From a virus: a DNA stretch of 64,000 nt. The position numbers and the translations under genes are program-made. The DNA lies in IMG/VR virus record IMGVR_UViG_3300033977_000098, positions 1-64,000 of that record; one strand, written 5' to 3'. Below, one piece after another: positions 54,768-63,996 of this stretch; position 1 is the stretch's first letter; every line of letters begins with the position of its first letter. Under the pieces are notes generated by a model that ran no database searches, was not told the origin of the DNA, and saw only the letters and a list, made by a program, of their open reading frames with translations.

Positions 54768-55712
54768 CTACGCTCGCAGCAATTCGCTTATACTCCAAAC
54801 GTGGTCAGCAATTCCAGCCTCCATTCCAGGTGTCACTCTCAATGTCATGTGCGGACGGCACAGGTTGTACCACGCGACATACAGAGCAACGGCTGCTTTC
54901 AGGTTGTCGAGCTTTTTGCTGAAAGCATTAACCAGTCGCGTGAATCGGCGAAGGTGCATCCGGAAATTCAGGTTGGAACGTTCCACGTGGCTGGTACAGA
55001 CGTGATCGAGATCGGGGTTGCCAGTGATGGGATTTGATACCGTGTCGATGACCTTGGCCGGACCGTACCAGTCCGGGCCAGCATTGTCCGGCTTTCCGTA
55101 CAGTTTGATGAGTTGGGCAAAGTCCACATCGGCGCCGAAACATTCCTCAATGGCTCCAATGTAGGGCTTGAAAGCATCGGAAGTTATCTGCGTTCGAGTA
55201 GCCAGCCGTCGGCTGAGGTCGGTCACGAAATTTAGGGCGCTCGGGCCGTCGCGCTTCGCCACCAAGTGAGAAATTATCAGCTTCGTGTCTGCATCCAAAG
55301 CAACCCAAGTGTAGGCGTCGCCCCATTCGTTAGAATCACTAGACTTAAGGTGTTTCTCTTTTTTGAAAACGAAGGTCCAAAGCTCATCGAGTTGAATATA
55401 TTTCGGTCGAAGGCCACGGATGCGGGTGTCAAGAAGGCTCTGACACTTCCCTCCCGTCGTCACAAGGATAGAAAGAAGCGTGTTGCGGTCTACTCCAGTA
55501 ACGCGGGATATGCCACGGATACTCATTCCCTCTACCATCAAGGATATGACCTCCGCAGTCCGATCAACGCTCAAGTAATGGCTGCCAAACCTATTGAATC
55601 GCGTGTCACTGAAAGTTGTCTTGCAATTCTGGCAACGGTAACGCTGAATCTTGTGTCTGCCGTATCTCCCAAAGCGTTTCACGTTTTCGTGCTTGCACCT
55701 AATGCAGGTCAT
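54768..55712 (-). CDS. IS1-family single-ORF DDE transposase
   Basis: CxxC..QRYRCxxC, QLDELW, ITSD, TSHVERSNL..R..RRFTR..FSKK. Confidence 0.92.
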   Translation of the reverse strand: MTCIRCKHENVKRFGRYGRHKIQRYRCQNCKTTFSDTRFNRFGSHYLSVDRTAEVISLMVEGMSIRGISRVTGVDRNTLLSILVTTGGKCQSLLDTRIRGLRPKYIQLDELWTFVFKKEKHLKSSDSNEWGDAYTWVALDADTKLIISHLVAKRDGPSALNFVTDLSRRLATRTQITSDAFKPYIGAIEECFGADVDFAQLIKLYGKPDNAGPDWYGPAKVIDTVSNPITGNPDLDHVCTSHVERSNLNFRMHLRRFTRLVNAFSKKLDNLKAAVALYVAWYNLCRPHMTLRVTPGMEAGIADHVWSISELLRA

Positions 55713-55722
55713 TGGACTCTCC

Positions 55723-55838
55723 TTGACAATCCCAGCGGAGAGTCCGACAATTGCATCGGGTCTTTCCATGCGGGCTGAATCCGCGTGGGAGATTTGCCCC
55801 GCAGACAGTTAGCCGCTGCCTGCGGGGTTTATTGTTTT
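55723..55838 (+). ncRNA. Putative antisense RNA unit opposite the transposase leader
   Basis: TTGACA-17-GACAAT, a hairpin, then the terminator CCCCGCAG..CTGCGGGG-TTTT. Confidence 0.45.
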
Positions 55839-56010
55839 AGGCCGACTTCTTTTCCATTCCCTCCGAGACGGCGCGACGGAGCACCGTCACAATATAGTCT
55901 TTGAGGCTCATCCGGCTCTGAGCAGCACGTGTCTTGCACAGCCAGTACAGATCGTCAGGAAAATTCCGCACGTTTAATGGCCTCACGTCAATCTGCTTTG
56001 ACCGTCTCAT
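55837..56010 (-). CDS. Arc/RHH regulator
   Basis: LNVRNFPDDLY...K..AA....SLKDYI. Confidence 0.75.
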   Translation of the reverse strand: MRRSKQIDVRPLNVRNFPDDLYWLCKTRAAQSRMSLKDYIVTVLRRAVSEGMEKKSA

Positions 56011-56029
56011 CGCGTCCTCCATCGTCACG

Positions 56030-56058
56030 ATAGTAACATTGGTAACTAAGAATGTCAA
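56030..56058 (-). promoter_or_regulatory. Promoter with GTTAC direct-repeat operator
   Basis: TTGACA-17-(TGt)TACTAT; GTTACcaatGTTAC in the spacer. Confidence 0.65.
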
Positions 56059-56130
56059 GACATTTTTTGTGACCACCTGGCTACCAACACCTTTCACCGC
56101 GCATCAGACTTGTGGTATCGTCTGACCGCC

Positions 56131-56982
56131 ATGCGCTCCTTAATTTTCGTCATCAGATTCGATCAAGGACTCGCCAAACGGCACCGGCTGCCGCTTGACC
56201 ACGCCCTTAGTGCACTCCGCGAGGTGCGCTTGATGATTCAGGAGGTCGGGCGGCAAATTCAGCGTGAAAAGGGAATCGAGAGGGCGACCGGCGATTTCGG
56301 CCTTGAATTGGTGGGCGGCATCAAAAAAGGCAGCGTGCAGGTTGACATTGCGCTTACACAAGACACGCAGAACGCCCGGGAGACAGCAGAGCAGATCATT
56401 TGCACGGTGAATTGGCTTGCGAAGATGGGCGGACGTGCCGACGAGGTAAAGCAACCGGACGAAATCAGCAGGCATGTTGTGCGGCATCTCAACCGGATTG
56501 CGGAGATTCAGAGGACCGACAAAACCGAAATGCGGCTTGAACTTAAGAATGGCAAGAAAAAGCGCGAAGCCACGTTTGGAGAAGCCGCAATTGCATCCAC
56601 CGAAGTGCTACGCTCTCCGCAGTTCCAAATGGGCGGCACCACGCTTTATGGCAAACTCTATGAACTGCGCGACAGTTCTCCCGAGGAGGAGGAAGGAAAA
56701 TATTTTTGGGGAGAACTAGTGCGCGATAACGACGAGCATTGGCGAATTCAGTTTGAAAGCAACCGCGCTAACGAAGCGGTTCCCCTTTTCAGAAAGCAAG
56801 TCGCAGTGACAGGAACAGCATTCTATTACCCCGTTCAAACCCCGAAGCTCGTTGCTGAGAGCTTCGGGCCGGATACGGACCGTGATTATGAGGCCGCATT
56901 TGACGAACTATACGGGTCCAAACAGGCACTTTACAAGGCTCCCCTTGATGATCTTTTGAAGGAGATTCGTGGAGAGGGTTAG
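56131..56982 (+). CDS. Hypothetical protein, partner of the PIN protein (possible C-terminal OB fold)
   Basis: Coupled to the PIN gene; TLYGKLYEL..VAVTG. Confidence 0.65.
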   Translation: MRSLIFVIRFDQGLAKRHRLPLDHALSALREVRLMIQEVGRQIQREKGIERATGDFGLELVGGIKKGSVQVDIALTQDTQNARETAEQIICTVNWLAKMGGRADEVKQPDEISRHVVRHLNRIAEIQRTDKTEMRLELKNGKKKREATFGEAAIASTEVLRSPQFQMGGTTLYGKLYELRDSSPEEEEGKYFWGELVRDNDEHWRIQFESNRANEAVPLFRKQVAVTGTAFYYPVQTPKLVAESFGPDTDRDYEAAFDELYGSKQALYKAPLDDLLKEIRGEG

Positions 56983-57551
56983 TGCTTTCTGCCTATTTCG
57001 ATACCAGTGTTTTCCTGGCCATCTTTAATGCAGAGCCCAGCGGTCCGCAAATCAAGACGCTGCTGCGCGAATTAAAGCGCGACCGCGTGCGCATTTATAC
57101 GTCGATCATCACAATTCAAGAAGTATCGGTTTTGTCATTCCGCAAGGGCGGAGCGGGGGATGATAATTACGTCCAGGTCGGAAAGCTGGCGAGAATTGAG
57201 ACGATCACGCGGGAGATTGCGCTATTAGCGGCGAAGATCGAAGCCCAGCTAATCGACATGCTTCCAAAGGACCAAGAGGACAATAAGCGCCGAAAGTGGG
57301 ACTGCTTTCACATCGCAACGGTTGTTCAATTGGGATGTGGAAAACTCTACGCGGAAGATAACAAGCTATTGAAGCGAAAGGCGCAATTGGGATTGTCAAT
57401 CGATTTTCTCCAGCCGCGTCCCCAAAGCCCGGACTTATTTCCTCCCTCTGTCCCGGCATCCGTTGTGCCTGTTCCCCTGCAGCCTCAGCCATCGCCAGCC
57501 GAAGAGGAAGCTGACGCATCCGAACCGCCAAAGCACAAGACAACGGAATAG
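56982..57551 (+). CDS. PIN-domain (VapC-like) nuclease
   Basis: AYFDTSVFL, TS.ITIQEV, WDCFHIAT, LYAEDNKL. Confidence 0.88.
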   Translation: MLSAYFDTSVFLAIFNAEPSGPQIKTLLRELKRDRVRIYTSIITIQEVSVLSFRKGGAGDDNYVQVGKLARIETITREIALLAAKIEAQLIDMLPKDQEDNKRRKWDCFHIATVVQLGCGKLYAEDNKLLKRKAQLGLSIDFLQPRPQSPDLFPPSVPASVVPVPLQPQPSPAEEEADASEPPKHKTTE

Positions 57552-57577
57552 CAAGCAACAACAATTCAGCCACTACC

Positions 57578-57822
57578 GACTGGCGCTCGCCCTTGGAAAG
57601 GATGACGTACTGCGTGCGCTTCTCCACGCACTTGATGACGGCGCGCAGCGCCGCGGCAAAGCTCTTGCCGCTCTGGCGGCTCCAGACCGCAATCTTCAGT
57701 TGCGAGTCGTCCCGGATCCAGCGATCCTGGTAGGGAAGGACGGGGATCGCTTTCGCACTCGCTTCCCGAAGTGCCTTGGCCGTGGGCGGCTGCTCTTTTG
57801 CGATTTGGGCTTTTCTTTTCAT
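57578..57822 (-). pseudogene. Mu gp28-like terminase large subunit, truncated by the IS1 end
   Basis: LPYQDRWIRDDS..WSRQSGKSF..VILSKGERQS, followed directly by the TIR. Confidence 0.88.
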
Positions 57823-57982
57823 CTGTCTGCCCATCGGGCCATCGAGCCATCGGGCCATTGACGAATTCGGACTCTTGCCTTTTGCCTTCGTTACTGCGGA
57901 TCTAGCCCTCACCGCGCCTTGGAATTACTGGTATCATTGCGCGGTGCCACATCAGACCAGCGAACTTGCGGTGCCTTAGAAG

Positions 57983-59084
57983 GGCGTCAATATATTTGAG
58001 TAAGCACGGGCGAAATGAAAAAGCATACGCAATCTTGAGTGGCTTGATTTGCTTTATTCCCAATTATTTACAAGGCCCAGAAAAGAACCTAACAACCAAT
58101 ACGCGCACAGGAGGAGAATAAAGCCAATCAAGCCGGAAAGGAGCCACCCATGCCAAGTGCTGCAAGCCACGGAAAGCCTACGGATGAGAAACCACCCTGC
58201 GATAGCACAACCGAGGCCCCCAAGAAAGAGAATCCCCTCCTTAAAGCTCTTAATAATTTCTGGCATTGCGATGAAGTACGAAAATTCAGGAGGGACCCCA
58301 GGACTTTGGTTGAGATAATTGCGCTCGTAACTGTGATCTGCTATACGCATTACGCTAGCAGGAGCCTGGATCAACTTAGAAAGCAAACTCCCAAAATCAC
58401 GGAAAGCGCTAACGCCGCTAAAAGTGCTGCAGATACCGTCGCCCGTCAATTGGAGTTGTCCGAGCGTCCTTGGGTTTCCATCGTCCCGTCCATTGCTAGC
58501 CCTTTCTGGATGGATCGAAACGGGGCGAATCTCATCCTTGAATTTGAAGTGAGCAATACTGGAGTCACTCCCGCAGTTGGAACGTCTGTCTATGCCAAAT
58601 TCTTCCCGCCTTATCACACGGCGGAAGAATATGAATCCCAAATGAAAGAAGCCTGCGAGAGCGCAATCCGCCTCGGAAGAGGGTCCAGAGACATTCTTGT
58701 TCGTGACGCGCCTACACGGAAAAAAGTGCATTTTATTTTCTCTTCCAGCAAGATTGAACGCGATTCCCGTGGGGGGTTCTTCATGGTTAACATCGTCGCC
58801 TGTCCCGCTTACCAGTCCACCTTCAACGAGGTGACTTATTCGCATGGGCAGATGTACCATTTCTACCGTATCGATCCTAACGGGGGAGCCCTTGCCTTCA
58901 AGGTGGGTCAGACTGTTCCCGCCAAAGAATTGCACATTGGAGTTGAAACCGAGAGCGTGACCCTGGTAGAGGAAAACTATGTGGTTGGAGGAAAATAACA
59001 AAGCAATTAGAAGCACTAGCGCTATGAACATACACCAAGCCCTCCATCAAAACAAAACTCTGGTTAGTCAAGTACGTTAACGCC
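57983..59084. mobile_element. Non-autonomous IS1595-like one-gene cassette
   Basis: TIRs GGCGTCAATATATTTGAGTAA / GGCGTTAACGTACTTGACTAA (16/21); exact 8-bp TSD CTTAGAAG. Confidence 0.75.
58150..58998 (+). CDS. Single-TM hypothetical protein
   Basis: TM helix, SANAAKSAA..ERPWV..NTGVTPA. Confidence 0.7.
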   Translation: MPSAASHGKPTDEKPPCDSTTEAPKKENPLLKALNNFWHCDEVRKFRRDPRTLVEIIALVTVICYTHYASRSLDQLRKQTPKITESANAAKSAADTVARQLELSERPWVSIVPSIASPFWMDRNGANLILEFEVSNTGVTPAVGTSVYAKFFPPYHTAEEYESQMKEACESAIRLGRGSRDILVRDAPTRKKVHFIFSSSKIERDSRGGFFMVNIVACPAYQSTFNEVTYSHGQMYHFYRIDPNGGALAFKVGQTVPAKELHIGVETESVTLVEENYVVGGK

Positions 59085-59113
59085 CTTAGAAGGCATCGCG
59101 TCTAATTGGCGAA

Positions 59114-60139
59114 ATGTTCTCCACTAGGGTCAAGCCCAAGCAACGAAAACCAATGATTCCCGTCCCAACTGACATAAACGCGGTAGTTGATTACCGTCAG
59201 GGTCCTTCGATCGTCGGAAAAGGAAACGGACGACATGCCGGTATCAGCAAGCTCGACTTCGAACAACTCAGGGGTTTTGCCCTCGTACTCGTTTGTGCTG
59301 TCACATCTCTGCCTGCATGGTCCCAGGTGAATATTGGTACGACGTTGGTTGTTGGCTATTCCAAGGATAAGGTGATCATGGCGGCTGACAGCCGAGTTAC
59401 CCACCTGGACGGCAGGGTGGAGGATGACCAATGTAAGATCGTTGCATTGGGCAAAAAACTGCTGTTCGGAGGTGTTGGCATTGAGGGATTTCGTTCCAGG
59501 ACTCCCGTGCTTCATTCCTGGGAGGGCGTAGCTGAGGCCCGCCAGGCTTTCGCAAACGAAAAAGTCCGGAAGTCGGGAAGCGTGGAACTTATGTCGGCGT
59601 ACTGGGCGCGTAGCATAAATAGCTATTTGGAAGAACAGATTGCGCACAACCCGGAAGTCATCGTCCACTCGATAGAAGCTTACGGCTCTGTGCTTGTCTA
59701 CGGGATTTTTGCTGGAAAGGATTCTAATGGCAGGCTTGTTTGCCTCCTTGTAATGGCAAGTTGTGATAACAAGCTTCCCCAGTTTCCTTGCACGGCAGAC
59801 CTCATCAGGACAAATCGAGCGCGTCTCGCCGTGCAGAAAATTGACTTTCCGGTCCCCCAGACCAAAGTGAAGTTCGAGGCTTTTGGAGTTTCCTCCACGT
59901 TCCTGAAATTTGAAGACGCGCCGCAGAACCTCTCCGCCGATGACCTCAGAATTTGGAATAGTATTCCCCTGAGAAAGGCGATCAAAGATCCGGATGCACA
60001 GCGGGCGGTTAAATTCGTTGACCTGACGATTGCCTATGATCCCCTCAAGCAAGGGGTCGGAGGGGATGTTGACGTGGTTGAACTGACAACTTGCGGCGTC
60101 AAATGGCTCAACCGCAAGCAAAACTGCCCAGCAGACTAG
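59114..60139 (+). CDS. Secreted proteasome-beta-like Ntn hydrolase
   Basis: Signal-like segment, then GTTLVV....VIMAADSR..CKI; C-terminal VGGDVD; true start probably further downstream. Confidence 0.65.
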   Translation: MFSTRVKPKQRKPMIPVPTDINAVVDYRQGPSIVGKGNGRHAGISKLDFEQLRGFALVLVCAVTSLPAWSQVNIGTTLVVGYSKDKVIMAADSRVTHLDGRVEDDQCKIVALGKKLLFGGVGIEGFRSRTPVLHSWEGVAEARQAFANEKVRKSGSVELMSAYWARSINSYLEEQIAHNPEVIVHSIEAYGSVLVYGIFAGKDSNGRLVCLLVMASCDNKLPQFPCTADLIRTNRARLAVQKIDFPVPQTKVKFEAFGVSSTFLKFEDAPQNLSADDLRIWNSIPLRKAIKDPDAQRAVKFVDLTIAYDPLKQGVGGDVDVVELTTCGVKWLNRKQNCPAD

Positions 60140-60281
60140 GAGCTCAAGTTTCCTTCGCGGAGGCGAGTGTGGTTCCCTGAACGCCTGGCATTGGACCCCA
60201 AGGGTCCGAGCAGCCTTGACGCACCTAATTTGACTCTTGCCTTTTGTCATTTGCCCTTTGCCTTGCTCTTGACGAATCGAT

Positions 60282-60968
60282 TCATCGGTTCTCGGCGCTT
60301 TCTTTGTCTGCGCTGGCGGGAGCATCCGATGAGGGCATCTGCTCCGGCCCCACTGGCGCTGGATTATCAGCGGCCACAGGCGGCGCCTCGCCTTCTCCCG
60401 CGCCCAGCAGCCTCTGAGGTGGCGGCACGATTTCCGACATCCCGATGCCGAAAATTTCCTTCACCTGTGCCACTACTCTCTGTGCCCTGGCGTAATCGTC
60501 GGCGGCATCTACCACCGTAACCTCGCCTGCTTTCTCGGCGCTGCGGCGTTCCTTCATCTTCTGGCGGTGCTCTTCCGCGAAGAGGGCGAACCGCTTCTTC
60601 ATCAGTGCCACCTTTTCGGTGTCGTTCGCGACTCTCTTGAAGGCAAGCAATTGCGTTGGGGTCATAGTCTGGAGAGCTTGCCAGAGCAAGGCGTTCACGC
60701 CGGCGCTCAAGCCGTCTTCGCCAATGAGGTCCGCGAAGAGCTTCATGGTCCTTTTCCGCTCTTCGAGCTTTTCCTTTTGCACCTTCCAGTGATGGTTCTT
60801 GTAGGTTTTGACGGCGTACCAGGAGATCTTTTCGCCGTAGTCGCGCACGATCATCTCCTGGACCTGCTTGAGAGTGGCAAACTCGTCAAACATCCTGTCC
60901 ACAGCCTGTAAGAGGCCTTTGTGCTTGACGCTGAGAATCTGTACCTTCGATGCGAAGTTTCGGGGCAC
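60282..60968 (-). CDS. DUF3486 / Mu gp27-like small terminase
   Basis: SKV..L.....L...VD.MF....T..QV......YGE.IS; upstream of the terminase. Confidence 0.6.
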   Translation of the reverse strand: MPRNFASKVQILSVKHKGLLQAVDRMFDEFATLKQVQEMIVRDYGEKISWYAVKTYKNHHWKVQKEKLEERKRTMKLFADLIGEDGLSAGVNALLWQALQTMTPTQLLAFKRVANDTEKVALMKKRFALFAEEHRQKMKERRSAEKAGEVTVVDAADDYARAQRVVAQVKEIFGIGMSEIVPPPQRLLGAGEGEAPPVAADNPAPVGPEQMPSSDAPASADKESAENR

Positions 60969-60986
60969 TTAATTGCTCTCCGCGAT

Positions 60987-61821
60987 TGTAGCGGCGCTCG
61001 ATGAGCGCCGACGGCGGTCGTAGACCGCCGCTACAGAGGTCGCTCTTCGCTCGCCAATTCGCCGATGGCGATCAGAGCCGCCGACCTCTCCCGAATCGGC
61101 GCCGCTTTCACCTCGAGGGCGAGGCCGGGGAACTGTCCGTCCAGTTTTTCGACGTCGGTCCGCTTCAGGACTTTGCGCTTTTTAGCCAAGGCACGCCTCT
61201 CCTCTGCCTGTGGTCCGTCGCGTTCCGCTTTGAGCCTTGCGAGCTCTCTTGCGCTCCACCTCTTCCGCGGCGAGGGCCTCTAACCTCCGCCGCAAGCGGG
61301 CCTCCCGCTGGCGCACCCAACGCCGGCAGCGATAACTCGATACCAAACTTTCCGCCACCGGAACGTTGTAGCGGCCCTCGAGGCGGCTGGCGATCGCCAG
61401 CGCCGTAACGCCCTGCTCGAACCACGCATTCACCTGGGCCGCGAGACCCGGAAAGCGCTGGTCGAGTTTTTCAATCAACGTCAACGGTTCTCTGCCCATT
61501 CAGCCCTCTAAGCGGCGCTCTCGGAGCGCCGACGGCGGTCATAGCCCAACGCTGTCCAAATTAGAGATCGATCATCACGATGATCTGGGCTTCGCCCTCT
61601 GCTGTGCGGAAGGGCTCTGCCCTTCCGGCCTAACTCCCCCACTTGTTCCTGAATCTGCGTCGCGGGAAGGCATGGCCTTCCGGCGACGCAGATCGGGTTG
61701 GTGGGCGGGGTCGCCTGACGGAAAGGCGCAGCCTTTCCGCACAGCGGGGCGGCGAAGCCGCAGGTCATGGCCGACCGAGCGGAGCGGAATTTGGACAAGC
61801 CTGGTCATAGACCGCCGCCAC
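60987..61821. repeat. REP-like palindromic elements
   Basis: TGTAGCGGCG..CGGCGGTCGTAGACCGCCGCTACA at 60987 with variants near 61511 and 61803; GGAAGG..CCTTCC hairpins at 61600-61760. Confidence 0.65.
61182..61499 (-). CDS. DUF3486-like paralog (short)
   Basis: IEKLDQRFPGL..QV..WF..G.T. Confidence 0.6.
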   Translation of the reverse strand: MGREPLTLIEKLDQRFPGLAAQVNAWFEQGVTALAIASRLEGRYNVPVAESLVSSYRCRRWVRQREARLRRRLEALAAEEVERKRARKAQSGTRRTTGRGEACLG

Positions 61822-62083
61822 AGAGGTCGTTCCTCGCTTGCCAATTCCTGGGAGGTGTGCGGGCCGCCTTCCTCGCCGGAATCTGCTCCCGCCGCGCCGC
61901 CCAATCCCGGGTCTTGTATCTCCAAATGGCGACGATCGAGATACCCTCGCCGTAGTGGGAGAGGATCCTTTCCTGGACGGCTTGGAGCGTCGCCCCGGCG
62001 TCGAACCTCGCATCTACCTCTTGACGCAGGCCGGGGTGCCGGACGTCGAGCTCGAGAATTTTCTTGAGGCTATCACGTGGCAT
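61805..62083 (-). CDS. DUF3486-like paralog (short)
   Basis: KILELDVRHPGLRQEVDARF..G.T..YGEGIS. Confidence 0.6.
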   Translation of the reverse strand: MPRDSLKKILELDVRHPGLRQEVDARFDAGATLQAVQERILSHYGEGISIVAIWRYKTRDWAARREQIPARKAARTPPRNWQARNDLCGGGL

Positions 62084-62102
62084 TTCTTTCCCCCTCCTGG
62101 GG

Positions 62103-62262
62103 GGATCGGGTCATCGGGTCATCGGGCCTACGCCCACCGAAGGGCTTCGGCCCGCAGGCGGGTCATCGGGTCATCGAGCCATCGAGCCATTTAAGAGCCA
62201 TGCGATCTACCGATCGCCAGATGGCCCGATGGCCAGATCACCCGATGGCGCGATCGCCAGAT
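62103..62262. repeat. Octamer tandem repeats (ATCGGGTC/ATCGAGCC) with inverted copies; also at 57833-57858
   Basis: Seen directly in the sequence. Confidence 0.7.
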
Positions 62263-62567
62263 TATCTGGGCCCGCTGAGCTGCTTGACCCGGCGGTCGTA
62301 TTCATCGACGCCATCGGCGGTGATGCGCACCCAGAGGATGGCTTCGGGCTGGCCAACCTGCTTCTCCACGCCCAGCTCGACCCATTTCCGGTCGTGCATG
62401 TAGCGCAGGTGGAACTCGATGGCTTCCAAGGTCACGGGGCGGAGGCAGTCGTCCAGATAGACCATGATGCTCCGCGGGGTGACGGGCTGAAGCCCGCATT
62501 CGTTCAGGTAACGGAGAATTTCCGTCCGGTCGAGCTCGTGTTCAACCTTGCTTTTCGTCTTCGGCAT
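62262..62567 (-). CDS. Mu gp26-like winged-helix protein
   Basis: R.EILRYL...HLRYM..RKWV..RITADGVD. Confidence 0.7.
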   Translation of the reverse strand: MPKTKSKVEHELDRTEILRYLNECGLQPVTPRSIMVYLDDCLRPVTLEAIEFHLRYMHDRKWVELGVEKQVGQPEAILWVRITADGVDEYDRRVKQLSGPR

Positions 62568-62895
62568 GGCAGCAGAAGCCCTCAATCTTTCGTGACATGA
62601 TTCGCAGCTCACGGCCGATCTCCTGGCGTTCCACCGTGATTTTTTGAATGTCCTCGCGGGTGGCGGTCAGCATGGCTTTGAGCTCGACCACCATGGCGCC
62701 CACCGCGTTGTGCATCTCCGAGGCTTGGGCCGAGCGTTCCAGCGCGTCCGCGCCGCGCTCCAGGCTGACGGGAATCTGCGCCACATGGCGCGCGGCTCCG
62801 GAGAAGAGCCGGTAGGCGCCCACCCCCGCCATGCTGGTGCCCAAGAAACCGCCGGCGCCGAGCATCCAGGCTTGAATTTCGCTGGCAGAAATCAT
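62542..62895 (-). CDS. Mu gp25-like TM/coiled-coil protein
   Basis: N-terminal TM helix, coiled coil, synteny. Confidence 0.55.
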   Translation of the reverse strand: MISASEIQAWMLGAGGFLGTSMAGVGAYRLFSGAARHVAQIPVSLERGADALERSAQASEMHNAVGAMVVELKAMLTATREDIQKITVERQEIGRELRIMSRKIEGFCCHAEDEKQG

Positions 62896-62950
62896 GTGAA
62901 TTTCCGGAAGCTAGAAGCTAGGAGCGAGAAGCGAGAAGACGCTTCCATTC

Positions 62951-63304
62951 TCACTTCTTGCTCCTCACTTCTAACTCCTTGCTCGGCACCAGGTGCCGCC
63001 AGAAGCCTTCGTAAAAAACATGCTGGCCGCCAAACTGCATGGCCGCGGACACGAGCAAGGTCACCAGCCCGCGCGCCAACGTCGCGCCCTCCGGCCAGGT
63101 GATCGTCAAGCTGTGCGGCGCATGCACGACCGCAATTCCCGTTGAGGTCGCGAGAGCCACGGCGGCGCTGGTGACGACTGAAATCAGCGGCTTGCGTTGG
63201 TCGATCCAAGTGAGCGCCTGCGCTTGGCTCCGCTTGGCGAGCTGGATCAGGAACGGGGTGAGGAACGTGATCAGCGCCTGCACTTGCAGCGATTGCGTGT
63301 CCAT
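62951..63304 (-). CDS. Putative holin
   Basis: Three hydrophobic segments; lysis-region position. Confidence 0.55.
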   Translation of the reverse strand: MDTQSLQVQALITFLTPFLIQLAKRSQAQALTWIDQRKPLISVVTSAAVALATSTGIAVVHAPHSLTITWPEGATLARGLVTLLVSAAMQFGGQHVFYEGFWRHLVPSKELEVRSKK

Positions 63305-63392
63305 GGTTTCTCCAGTTTTCAGCAGCGCGCTCTTCAACCGTCGCGGCGGAAGAACCGCAGACCTTGCGGAACAGGTCTGCGCTACAACACCC

Positions 63393-63752
63393 TCACTGCA
63401 ACGCGTACTTTTCATAGCCGGACCGGGCAAGCACTCCATTGAAGTCCTGCTTGAACTGCTTCACCGAGCGGCGCTGGGCAGGCGTGGCAATACGCTTAGC
63501 CCGTTGCGCTCTCGCTGGCGGAGCCGCCGGAGCGGGCAAGGCGGCGGCAAACCCGCTGAGGGTCGAGATAATGACGCCCAACAATCCCTCGATCAGCGCG
63601 GCCAGCTTCGCATCGGGAATCTTGAGGGCGTTCCAGAACTGCTGCACGGAGTCCTCGGCGGCGGTGAGCGCGGTCGCGATCTTGCCGGCCAAGGTGGTTT
63701 TGTTGGCGGCGGGCGCTGCGTCGTAGGCCGAAATGGCGCTGGCAACGCCGGC
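63393..63752 (-). pseudogene. 5'-truncated phage membrane/lipoprotein-like gene
   Basis: Ala-rich frame AGVASAISAYDAAPAANK... begins abruptly inside the neighbouring Zn-finger ORF. Confidence 0.45.
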
Positions 63753-63996
63753 AAATCCCGGAGCGGTTATATTTGGCGAGAAGGTTCTTGCGGCAGAGTT
63801 TGCAGCGCCTGCGCGTCATCACTGGGCCCCCCAGGAGGCCATTCCGCCGCGCCGCATCCGCTTGCTTTTTCGTCGTGCGCTTGCCGAAGCACGCGGGGCA
63901 CGCCAGTGCGCCCGGCCCTGGCAACGCCGAGGGGGGTTTCAAGTGCATCTCGACTTGGCACCAAATGCACAGCCCTGATAGGTTCCGTTTCGCCAA
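63740..63996 (-). CDS. Zn-finger basic protein, apparently fused to the downstream gene
   Basis: CIWC, CPAC, CKLC, CRRC; AARRNGLLGG. Confidence 0.45.

Larger units (their letters stand above)
52611..57577 (-). mobile_element. IS1-family transposon with defence cargo
   Basis: TIRs GGTACTGGCTGAATTTATGTTGCT / GGTAGTGGCTGAATTGTTGTTGCT (21/24); internal IS1 transposase; flanks do not match. Confidence 0.85.

Noticed and set aside
57205-57577. C-terminal part of the 235-aa terminase ORF
   Set aside because: Read-through into the IS end and the antisense of the PIN gene
58054-60325. Long minus-strand ORFs (325 and 407 aa)
   Set aside because: Shadows of plus-strand genes that have recognisable features
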